Below are positions 42,957 to 51,324 of a stretch of 64,000 bases of DNA, one piece after another. The notes below the pieces were generated by a model that saw nothing but the letters and a program-made list of their open reading frames with translations, made no database searches and had not been told where the DNA came from. A program made the translations under genes and the position numbers. The stretch's first letter is position 1; every line of letters begins with the position of its first letter. Source of the DNA: Elusimicrobiota bacterium (GTDB taxonomy: Bacteria > Elusimicrobiota > Elusimicrobia > UBA1565 > UBA9628); NCBI GenBank assembly GCA_033875325.1, contig JANRKA010000111.1, positions 249-64,248 of the forward strand. Reading direction: 5' to 3'.

Positions 42957-44791
42957 GAGCGGGGCTTGAGTCCGGCGACGGCCCGTTTCCAGGCCGCGGG
43001 CCAATCCGCGTCCGTCCAGGCGTACTCGCGGCGGAACGCCTCGATGGCGGCGCACCGCGCCGGGTCTCGCATCCAGGCATCGGGCGACGCGGAAAAGTCC
43101 TCGTAAGCGCGCAGCAGAGAGTCCACTCCGCGGTGGATGACGCCGACTTTTTCCAGGGCGTCGAAGAACCCCCGCGCGCGCGGCGCCTCGCGATAATATG
43201 TGCGGGGCCAATGGACCATGGCGGGCACGCCCGCGCCCAGGCATTCGACGAACCCGGTGCTGGGCTGGTCCCACAACACGAGACGGCATTGCCCCAACAG
43301 CTCGGCGGTCAGGCCTTTGTCGAGTTCCGGGCGGCACCGGTACAACGGGCCGGCTGTCGACTCGAGGCGCGTTATGGTCTTTCGCGTGAAGCGGCGGGAC
43401 GCGTGGTTGTAGGGCTTGTGGAGGACGCGCGCGCCGCGCGAGTTGAGCCCGGTGACCAAGGCTTCCAAGCCGAGCGCGATGTCGCGCGCGAAGTCGTTGC
43501 GGGAGATGCCCGCGCCGCTCGAAGTCGGCGGGAAGCGCTGGTATTTGTCGGAGACCAGCAGGACATCGTAGGGTTTGGCGGCGGCCGAGACCGACTGCCA
43601 GGTCCGCGCCAGGGCGGCGCGTTCTTCGCTCAACCACGGACAGGGAAGCGGCGCGGCTTTGAGGCCGCGGCAGCGCGGGTGATCGGGAAACTCCGTCCAG
43701 CCCCAGGTGATGAAGCGGTCGCATGCCGCCAGCTCGAGCTCGATGACGGCGGAGAAATCATCAGTGAACCCGTAATGCACGCCGTGCTGGCAGCCGACGA
43801 CCTCCATGCCGAGTGAGCGGGCCGCCGCCAGCATGTAGGCGGGGTATTCGCCGCCGCCGCCGGAGAACAGGAGCGGCGCCGGCGCGAAAGAGGCCAGGCG
43901 CTCGCGACAGGCGCGCAGGCGCTCGGGCGCGGCCTCGAGAAGCGACGGGGGAAGGCATTTCGTCAGGAAGCGCCTGAACACGGAGACGGCCGTCGCGCGC
44001 GCGCTCGGCTCGACGATGCCCGCCAGGGCGAGCACCCTCTCGAGAGCGGGCAGCGCCGGCGCGAGCGCCGAGTCGAGGACGCGCTCGCGCAGTTTCGCAT
44101 CGGGCGCGGCGTCCTCCCAAGCGGGCGGCCGCGACTGCTCGGAGAGGCGTCCCGGCGCGTAAAGGGCTTTGTCGCGCAGGGGGATGGCCGCGTAGGCCAT
44201 CGCCAGCGCCGGCACGGAGCCCCAACGGCGCGAGGAGACGGCGAGCAGGCGGTTGCGCACGCGCCGCAGGAGGGGCAACCGCTTGAAATTGTGATTGGGG
44301 AACGCGGCTTCCCGCGTCGCGTCAGCGAGGAGTCCGTGCGTCTCGGTTTTCAGCGACCAGCATTCCCCCAGCATGACGAGGACGGCTTGATTGAAGACGG
44401 CGCCGTCGCAGACGTGAGCGTTGAGGTCATCGAGGCGGCTGATGGCGGGGAGCGGGCCGTAGTCGGCGAGCACGATGGAGTCGCTCGATCGCGCGTCGAG
44501 CGCGCCGCGCAGGCGCAGCAGGCGGTCCCCGAAACAGTGGGTGGGGGGCACCGCGGCTTGGCGCGCGAGAACGCGGCAGGCCGCCGGATCCAGGCCGAGT
44601 TCGCGCGCCATGGCGTCTCCCAGGGCGCGAGAGAGGTCCTCGTAGAGAGGGGAGAGGGCCGCGTTGAGAGCGGACAGAGAGGCCGCGGGGAGCGGATGGC
44701 CGCCGCCATCCTCATCGGGGAAAAAGCCGGCCGACCCTGGATGGCGCTCCGGTTCGACGCTGAGGAGCGCGCGGTGCCCGTCGGACGGCAT
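42953..44791 (-). CDS. Uncharacterised protein, possibly LIC12162-family putative transferase (GT-B-like C-terminal half)
   Basis: 612-aa coding-like ORF. Its ATG directly follows the upstream TAG (TAGATG). C-terminal pattern LVLWDQPSTGFVECLGAGVPAMV resembles a nucleotide-sugar-binding Rossmann half. The family call is from memory only. Confidence 0.45.
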   Translation of the reverse strand: MPSDGHRALLSVEPERHPGSAGFFPDEDGGGHPLPAASLSALNAALSPLYEDLSRALGDAMARELGLDPAACRVLARQAAVPPTHCFGDRLLRLRGALDARSSDSIVLADYGPLPAISRLDDLNAHVCDGAVFNQAVLVMLGECWSLKTETHGLLADATREAAFPNHNFKRLPLLRRVRNRLLAVSSRRWGSVPALAMAYAAIPLRDKALYAPGRLSEQSRPPAWEDAAPDAKLRERVLDSALAPALPALERVLALAGIVEPSARATAVSVFRRFLTKCLPPSLLEAAPERLRACRERLASFAPAPLLFSGGGGEYPAYMLAAARSLGMEVVGCQHGVHYGFTDDFSAVIELELAACDRFITWGWTEFPDHPRCRGLKAAPLPCPWLSEERAALARTWQSVSAAAKPYDVLLVSDKYQRFPPTSSGAGISRNDFARDIALGLEALVTGLNSRGARVLHKPYNHASRRFTRKTITRLESTAGPLYRCRPELDKGLTAELLGQCRLVLWDQPSTGFVECLGAGVPAMVHWPRTYYREAPRARGFFDALEKVGVIHRGVDSLLRAYEDFSASPDAWMRDPARCAAIEAFRREYAWTDADWPAAWKRAVAGLKPRS

Positions 44792-45682
44792 CTAGGCTTT
44801 CTGGAACAGCACGGTCATCATGTTCCCCCAGAACGCGGGGCTGCGGGCGACCTCGTCGCGGCGGCCTTGGCGGATGAGATCGGCGTCGCGCAGGACGGTC
44901 TCATGGTCCTTCGCTGGCGAAGCGTAAGGCGTTTCGAGGTAGGGATGCGCCTGGAAGACGAGCTTGAGCCCGACGGAGGCGCACAGGCGCGACAGGGTGT
45001 CCACGCTGAAGTAGTAGATGTGCTGGATGGGGTCGAATTGGTTCCACTTCTCCCGGTAGAGGTCGGCCGAGTAGCTCGACACGTCCGGCGTCGCCGTGAT
45101 GTAGAAGCGCCCGCCCGGGCGCAGCAGCTCGGCGACGCGTTTGACCGCGGCGCGGGGGTCGGGGAGATGCTCGATGACGCCGCGCATGGTGACGACGTCG
45201 AAGGAGGCCGGGGCGAAGCCGTCCTGGCCCAACTCGCGGTTCTGGATGCGCTCCGCCAAACGCGGGTTGCGTTCCCGCGCGAGGGCGACCGCCGCCGGGT
45301 CCTTCTCCAGGCCGTTCTTGGTGAAGCGGTCGGAGAGCTTTTCCAGGAAGAAGCCCGCGCTGCAGCCGACGTCGAGCAGGTCGCCGCGGTCGACGAACTG
45401 TTCCAGGTAGGCGCGGTCGATCTCGTACATGCGCCCGCGCTGCTCCATCTTCTTGGCGTCGCTGAGCCGGAACTTGATGTAGTCGGTGTAGTACAGGTTA
45501 AAGCCGGCCTCGGTGAGAAAGGGGTCCACCCAGACCAGGCCGCACGCGCGGCAGCGCACCGCGCGGAACACGCCGACTCGCGCCCACTCCTCCTTGTCGC
45601 CGCCCCCGCAGATGAGGCAGGGGCGCGGCTGGGCGAGGTGCTTCTCGAAAGGGGAGTAGTCCACGGTCTCGATGCGGATCAT
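44792..45682 (-). CDS. SAM-dependent methyltransferase with N-terminal Cys4 zinc-ribbon
   Basis: CLICGG...CRACG, motif I LLDVGCSAGFF. Confidence 0.8.
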   Translation of the reverse strand: MIRIETVDYSPFEKHLAQPRPCLICGGGDKEEWARVGVFRAVRCRACGLVWVDPFLTEAGFNLYYTDYIKFRLSDAKKMEQRGRMYEIDRAYLEQFVDRGDLLDVGCSAGFFLEKLSDRFTKNGLEKDPAAVALARERNPRLAERIQNRELGQDGFAPASFDVVTMRGVIEHLPDPRAAVKRVAELLRPGGRFYITATPDVSSYSADLYREKWNQFDPIQHIYYFSVDTLSRLCASVGLKLVFQAHPYLETPYASPAKDHETVLRDADLIRQGRRDEVARSPAFWGNMMTVLFQKA

Positions 45683-45722
45683 GAGGTGTTCTCCTGGTGG
45701 TCGGCGGGGCGAGGGTTCCCGC

Positions 45723-46394
45723 TCAGGCGGTTTTGCGCGCGTACCAGCGCTCGAAGCTGTTGTCCTTGAGGTATTGCGGGGCGAGCGTGGGTTTGTCTTT
45801 TTTGTCCGCGAAGTACTCGTCGATGGCCTTGCGCGCGCCGGGGTATTTGATGGAGTAGTACTCGTCGAAAATCATGACGCCGCCGACGGACAAGCGTGGC
45901 CACAACTCCCTAAGGCAGATCTGGTAGGACTCATAGAAGTCGCAGTCGAGGAACGCGAGCGAGAGGCGCGCCGGCGCCTTCGAGAGCGTGTCCTGGAACC
46001 AGCCGGGCACGACGTGCACGGGACCCTCGTAAGCGACCGCCTCGAGCTTGCGGCGCACGAGCTCGATGCTGGTGTCGCCGAAGTACCCCTGCGCGGCCTT
46101 CCGGTTCTGCGCGCCGTCCACGAGTTGGGTGTCCGCCTCCTTCGGGGCCGGCAGGCCTTGGAAGCTGTCGAACGCCCAAAGCCCTTTGCGGCTGCCCAGG
46201 GAGCGGAGCTTGGCCGCGATGGCGGCCAACGAGCTGCCGCGGAAGATGCCGCATTCGGCCACGTCGCCGGGGATTTCACGGGTCGTCTCGAGCATGTCCA
46301 AGACGATGGAGATGTTGCTGGGCTTGCGCGGGTTGGTGATCTCGCGCGACTCCCAGTCGCCGTCGGTCCAGGTCGTCAAGAGGTCCGTGGTCAT
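45723..46394 (-). CDS. TylF/MycF-family (macrocin-type) O-methyltransferase
   Basis: GDVAECGIFRGSS, FDSFQGLP, FLDCDFYES, VMIFDEY blocks. Confidence 0.75.
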   Translation of the reverse strand: MTTDLLTTWTDGDWESREITNPRKPSNISIVLDMLETTREIPGDVAECGIFRGSSLAAIAAKLRSLGSRKGLWAFDSFQGLPAPKEADTQLVDGAQNRKAAQGYFGDTSIELVRRKLEAVAYEGPVHVVPGWFQDTLSKAPARLSLAFLDCDFYESYQICLRELWPRLSVGGVMIFDEYYSIKYPGARKAIDEYFADKKDKPTLAPQYLKDNSFERWYARKTA

Positions 46395-47356
46395 CGGGCG
46401 CGTCGCTCCTTGAAAAAAGATACCAGTTTGCCCGCGGCGTGCGTGAAGGCCTTCTCCTGGCCATCGTAGGACATGCCGCCGCAGTGGGGCGTAATCATGA
46501 GATTGTCGTGGGCCCGGGCGTAGCGCACGAGCGGGTGGCGGCTCATGTCGCCCTCGATCTCGCCGTCGAGCACGTCCAGGCCCGCGGCGCGGACCCGTCC
46601 CGACTTCAGCGCCGCGAGCAGGGCGCGCTCATCGACGAGGCCGCCGCGGGAGGTGTTGACGAAGAAGACCCCCGGACGCATGCGCCGGAACCAGGAGGCG
46701 TCCACCATGCCGCGCGTCTCGGGCGTCAGGTGCACGTGCAAGGTGATGATCTCGCTGCGGCGCAGGAGCGCGTCGAGGCCCACCTGCTCCACCCAGCGGT
46801 CCTTGACCTTGACGAAGGGGTCGTGGGCCAGGACCTTCATGTCGAAGCCGCGGGCGAAGCGGGAGTACATGCTTCCCAGCCGGCCGTAGCCCACGATGCC
46901 CACGGTCCTCCCCTGCAGCTCGCGACCCCGGAAACGCGTGTAGTCCCACTCGCCTTTGCGCGCCGAGTCGAAGCTCCAGGGCATGTTGCGCGCGATGTTG
47001 AGCGTGAGGCCGAACGCGTGCTCGGCCGTCGAGGTGATGGTCTTGAGCAGGGCCATGTCCTTGGTGAGGGACATGACCGTGACCCCGCGCGCGGCGCACG
47101 CGGCCTTGTCGATGTGGTCCGTGCCGGTGGACGGCGTGCAGATGACGCGCAGGCGCGGCGCGGCGTCGAGCACCTCGCGGTCGAGCATCAGCTTGGTGTT
47201 GGGGAAGATGGCGTCGGCGTCCCGCGCGAGCCGCAGGGTCTCGCGGCGCGAAGGATGGTCGGTATAGACGACGCGCCCGGCGCTTTCCAAGAGCCGGCGG
47301 GTCTCGCGCAGATGGCTTACGGGGACGGTGACGAGGATCTTAGGCTTTCTGCGCAT
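46391..47356 (-). CDS. D-isomer-specific 2-hydroxyacid dehydrogenase (PGDH-like)
   Basis: GRTVGIVGYGRLGS NAD motif, catalytic-domain blocks, PHCGG. Start overlaps the upstream gene by 17 nt. Confidence 0.85.
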   Translation of the reverse strand: MRRKPKILVTVPVSHLRETRRLLESAGRVVYTDHPSRRETLRLARDADAIFPNTKLMLDREVLDAAPRLRVICTPSTGTDHIDKAACAARGVTVMSLTKDMALLKTITSTAEHAFGLTLNIARNMPWSFDSARKGEWDYTRFRGRELQGRTVGIVGYGRLGSMYSRFARGFDMKVLAHDPFVKVKDRWVEQVGLDALLRRSEIITLHVHLTPETRGMVDASWFRRMRPGVFFVNTSRGGLVDERALLAALKSGRVRAAGLDVLDGEIEGDMSRHPLVRYARAHDNLMITPHCGGMSYDGQEKAFTHAAGKLVSFFKERRAR

Positions 47357-49145
47357 GGGGCTCCGGGGGCGCCGCGCGCCGCAGTCGCTGTTCGGCGACG
47401 AACCAGTCCTCTTCCGAGTCGATGTTGACGCTGCGCTCCGGGGGGAAGTAGTAGGGCCTCGAATCGGCGGTGCCGTAGCGCTTGTCCTGGATCATCAGGA
47501 CGTCCCGGCGCATGGCGTAGATGGAGCCGTTGCGGATGAAGGCGTCCGGCTTGAGGTCCTGGCGCCGGGCGTCGAGGGGCTCGGGCACGCAGAAGTCGGT
47601 GATGCGGTCGTCCACGATGCGCTTGATGCGCGCCGGATGATGGTCGAAGAGCTGGACGACGCCGATCACCGAATCGGCGCCCGTGGAGAGGAGTTTGTCG
47701 AGGCAGCCGTCGATGTCCGCGGCGGTCTTCAACGGATTGGTGCACATCAGCTCCACGACGTAGTCGTAGGGCTTGCCCTCCTCCTTCTCGGCGAACGCGG
47801 TGGCGTGTTGGAGGCCGTCCTTGGAGGTCGCGGTGTCGGTCGCCAGGTGCGCGGGGCGCAGGAACGGGACCTCGGCGCCGTGCTGGCGCGCGACGGCGGC
47901 GATCTCCTCGCTCTCCGTCGAGACGATGAGACGCGTGATGCGCGGGCATTTGAGCGCCTCGCGGATGGTGTAGGCGATGGTCGGCAGGCCGTTGAGCGGC
48001 CGGATGTTCTTCTTGGGCACGCTTTTGGAGCCGCCGCGCGCCAGCACGATGGCCAGCACGCGCGGCGCGGCCGGGGTCCGGGGCGCGGGCGGGGCCTCGA
48101 GCATCGCGGGCTCGAGCAGCGCGTCGGCGGGAATGTCGGTCTTGGCCTTGCAGCCGACGACCTGATCCTTCTTCCAGGCCGGGATGCCGGTGCCGGGGTT
48201 CTTGAGCGTCAACATCTCGGCGGTGACGACCGTGCCGGCCTTGATGGCGGTCTTGGACACCCAGGAGACGTGGTATTTGTCGCGTGTGATCTGCTCGACG
48301 GGCAGCAGGCGCTTGACCCCGTCGCCGAGCATGATCTCGACGGCGCGGATGTCGGCCACGACCTGCTTGAGCTGGACCGGGTCGATGGAGAGTTTGTGGT
48401 CGAAGCCCATCATCTTGGTGTCGAGCGTGATGTGCCGCTCCACCACGCAGGCGCCGCGCGAGACGGCGGCGATGGTGGCCAAGGTCCCCACCTCGTGGCC
48501 GGAGTAGCCGACGGGCAGGGCGTAACGCTGGGCGAGCGCGTCCATCACGCGCAGGTTGGCGTGCTCGTAGGGCGTGGGGTAGGAGGACACGCAATGAAGC
48601 AGGATGAGAGGGCAGCCGGCCTTCTTGAAGACGTCGACGGCGCGGTCCACCTCCTCGGGCAGGGCCATGCCCGTGGAGAGGATGCACGGCTTCTTGCGCG
48701 CGGCCGCGTGCTCGAGGAAGGGCAGGTTGGTGAGGCTGTGGCTGGCGAGCTTGTAGGCCTCCATGCCCAGGTCCTCGAGGAACTCGAAGGACGGGACGTC
48801 GAACGGCGTGCAGAAGAAGGGCAGGCCCGCGGCGCGCGCGTGCGCGATGAGCTCCTGGAACTCGGCTTTGTCGAACTCCATGTGCTCGCGGATGGCGCGG
48901 TAGGTCGCGCCGAAGGCGGGAAAACGGGAGTCGGCGGCGTCGAGGACCGAGCCGACGGCCAGGTTGGCGACGTCGCGCTTCTGGAACTTCACCGCGTCGC
49001 AGCCGGCCGCCTTGGCGGCGTCGATGAGCTTCTTGGCGATGTCGAGCTCGCCGTTGTGGTTGAGTCCGATCTCGGCGATGACGAAGACGGGCTTGCCAGG
49101 GCCGATCTCGCGGCCGAGGAAGCGGACGGGGGCGATGGGGTTCAT
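47340..49145 (-). CDS. Fusion: NeuB-type nonulosonic acid synthase (N-terminal) + NeuA-type CMP-sugar cytidylyltransferase (C-terminal)
   Basis: IAEIGLNHNGELDIAKKLIDAAKAAGCDAVKFQ...SGHE...SAF-like domain. After a Pro/Ala linker, AIVLARGGSKSVPKKNIRPLNG. Confidence 0.85.
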   Translation of the reverse strand: MNPIAPVRFLGREIGPGKPVFVIAEIGLNHNGELDIAKKLIDAAKAAGCDAVKFQKRDVANLAVGSVLDAADSRFPAFGATYRAIREHMEFDKAEFQELIAHARAAGLPFFCTPFDVPSFEFLEDLGMEAYKLASHSLTNLPFLEHAAARKKPCILSTGMALPEEVDRAVDVFKKAGCPLILLHCVSSYPTPYEHANLRVMDALAQRYALPVGYSGHEVGTLATIAAVSRGACVVERHITLDTKMMGFDHKLSIDPVQLKQVVADIRAVEIMLGDGVKRLLPVEQITRDKYHVSWVSKTAIKAGTVVTAEMLTLKNPGTGIPAWKKDQVVGCKAKTDIPADALLEPAMLEAPPAPRTPAAPRVLAIVLARGGSKSVPKKNIRPLNGLPTIAYTIREALKCPRITRLIVSTESEEIAAVARQHGAEVPFLRPAHLATDTATSKDGLQHATAFAEKEEGKPYDYVVELMCTNPLKTAADIDGCLDKLLSTGADSVIGVVQLFDHHPARIKRIVDDRITDFCVPEPLDARRQDLKPDAFIRNGSIYAMRRDVLMIQDKRYGTADSRPYYFPPERSVNIDSEEDWFVAEQRLRRAAPPEPHAQKA

Positions 49146-50488
49146 GCGAACTCCTGGGGGCCCTTCTCGAGGGCGAGCTGGATGACGGCGAGGTCGAAGG
49201 GGTCGTTGGCCTTCATGGCGTAAAGCTTGTTGTCCAGCGGGGCGAGCGCGACGTTGGCGCCCAAGAGCTGGCCTTGGCGCACGAACTCGCAGCTCGAGAC
49301 GGTGCCCAGTCCCGTGAGGCCGCGCTGCATGGGCTTCTTGAGCTCGTGGGGATGGAAGCCCGTGTCGCTGCGCACGATGCGGCCCTCGGTCTCGTTCCAA
49401 GAGGCCACGTAGTCCGGCAAAGTCGGCACCAGGCTGTCGGCCCCGCTTTGCGCGAACCGGCCGGCCAGGTCTTGGAAGAAGCGCTCGGGTCGGAACGGGA
49501 ACAGGTAATTGACGTAGAGCACGGCGTCGAAGTGCTCGTCTCCCTCTTCGGCCTTCTGCAGGGCGTGGCGCAGGACCTGCTCGATGCCGACCTCCGGGCG
49601 CAGCAGCTCGGGCGGACGCCCCAGCGCAAGCGCGCCGAGCCGGCGAGCGGTCTCCAGCGCGTCCGGGTGCTCCGCGATGACGGCGACCTTGCGGGCGACC
49701 TTGGAGGCGAGGACCTCGCGCAGGCAGCGCTCGAGCAGGTCGCGGCCCGCGACGGTCTTGACCGGGCCGAGCACGGGCAGGATGGCGAGCAAGTCGAGGT
49801 CGTTGGCGGGCGTCGTGGCCGCATCGCTCTCCGAGAGCGACTCGAGGATGCGCACCACGTTGCGGGCGCGTTCGGGGTCCCCGTCCTGGTGGATGCCGTG
49901 GTAGTGGTACACCGCGGCCTCGGGCTCGTAGACGAGCTTGAAGCCCTTCTCGATGACGGCCTTGCCCCAGATGCGGTCCTCGATGTTGGTGGCTTCGGCG
50001 TCGAAGGGGATCTGCTCCCAGACGGCGCGGCGCAGCAGGCTGTTGGCGTTGTGGAAGAAGGTGTCCTTGACCTGGATGCGGCGATCGAGCCCGAAGATGT
50101 TGAGCAGGTCGCGTTTGTCCTGAGGCGTGCTGTAGGCCATGGGCAGCTGGCGGCCGTAGACGCCGGCGACCTCCGGGTTCTCCATGTTGGCCAGGAGGCG
50201 GCTGAGCCAGTCCGCGCGCTGAGGGATGCAATGCGCCGAGACGCAGACGATGAACTCGCCGCTGGAGGCGCGGATGCCGGCGTTGAGCGCGTCGCCGGGC
50301 CGGTAGCGGTCGATGGTGACGAGCTTCACCGGGTATTTCTTGGCCACGGCCACGGTGTGGTCGGTGCTGCGGTTGTCCACCAGGATGACCTCGAAATCCT
50401 TGAAGTCCTGCTGGTAGATCATCCGCAGGCAGCGGCCGACCCAGCGTTCCTCGTTTTTGGTGCGGACGATGATGGAGATCTTGGGCAT
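49142..50488 (-). CDS. Fusion: GT2 glycosyltransferase (N-terminal) + degenerate cytidylyltransferase-like domain (C-terminal)
   Basis: ISIIVRTKNEE, VDNRSTDHT, ED motif region. The C-terminal half is AILPVLGPVKTVAGRDLL... with the NeuA-like fold pattern but without the RGGSKG loop. Confidence 0.65.
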   Translation of the reverse strand: MPKISIIVRTKNEERWVGRCLRMIYQQDFKDFEVILVDNRSTDHTVAVAKKYPVKLVTIDRYRPGDALNAGIRASSGEFIVCVSAHCIPQRADWLSRLLANMENPEVAGVYGRQLPMAYSTPQDKRDLLNIFGLDRRIQVKDTFFHNANSLLRRAVWEQIPFDAEATNIEDRIWGKAVIEKGFKLVYEPEAAVYHYHGIHQDGDPERARNVVRILESLSESDAATTPANDLDLLAILPVLGPVKTVAGRDLLERCLREVLASKVARKVAVIAEHPDALETARRLGALALGRPPELLRPEVGIEQVLRHALQKAEEGDEHFDAVLYVNYLFPFRPERFFQDLAGRFAQSGADSLVPTLPDYVASWNETEGRIVRSDTGFHPHELKKPMQRGLTGLGTVSSCEFVRQGQLLGANVALAPLDNKLYAMKANDPFDLAVIQLALEKGPQEFA

Positions 50489-50493
50489 GGTCC

Positions 50494-51324
50494 TCAGCGA
50501 GTGTACTTCTTCAAGAGCCCGGCTTCCTCGCCGAGGTCGAGGCCTTTGACCTCGGAGGGCTCCGGCGGCAGGACGGACGGGAAGACGGTGAAGTTGAGCG
50601 CCTCGCGGAAGCCCCGTGCCGGGTCCCAGGCGCGGTGCACGGCGTTGTTCTCGAAGACGATGACCGTGCCGGGTTCGCCCAGGGCGTGGACGAGCTCGAA
50701 TCGCTCCTTTACCCAGGCGTCCTCGTAGCGGTCGCCGACCTTGCCGAGCTCCGGCTTGAAGCCCTTCTGCGAGCCCTTGGCCACGGTCAGCGGGCCGTCC
50801 TCGAGCCCGCGCACGGGCGTGAGGTAGGTCATCACCTTGAGGCTGCCCGTCGGGTAGTTGTCGCGGTGCCAGGCGTAGCTTCCCTGCACGGCCGGCACGG
50901 GCTGGTTGCGGTAGCAGTAGATGTCGCGGGCCCGCCAGCGTGCGCCGTAGAAGGCGCGCAACACGGGGTCGAGCGCCTCGCCGAACACGCGGTACAAGTC
51001 GAACTTCCGCTGGTAGTTCTTCACGTGGAGGAAGTAATAGCGCTCCACCTCGGCGCGCGTCGCGCCGGCCGCCTCGAGGAGCTGCTTGCCGTCCGGGCTG
51101 AAGACGAGTTCCTCGCGATGGTCGAAGTCGAACCACTCCGCATTGGCCGCCCGGATGCGCGCCACCGTCGCGGCGTCGAGCAGGCCCGGCAGGACGACCA
51201 GGCCGTCTTCGGCGAGACGCGCGGCGCGAGCGTCCGGGGCGGGCGTCTGCGCCGTCAGCAGGCGCGCCAGGCGCGCGCGGGAGGCGTAGACGGCCTCGAC
51301 GGCCCGTCCGAGGAAGTCGCTCAC
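50494..51324 (-). CDS. PhyH-like Fe(II)/2-oxoglutarate dioxygenase
   Basis: GTG 51324 in a GTGA overlap. WHRD (HxD) and distal NNAVHRAW His. Confidence 0.65.
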   Translation of the reverse strand: MSDFLGRAVEAVYASRARLARLLTAQTPAPDARAARLAEDGLVVLPGLLDAATVARIRAANAEWFDFDHREELVFSPDGKQLLEAAGATRAEVERYYFLHVKNYQRKFDLYRVFGEALDPVLRAFYGARWRARDIYCYRNQPVPAVQGSYAWHRDNYPTGSLKVMTYLTPVRGLEDGPLTVAKGSQKGFKPELGKVGDRYEDAWVKERFELVHALGEPGTVIVFENNAVHRAWDPARGFREALNFTVFPSVLPPEPSEVKGLDLGEEAGLLKKYTR

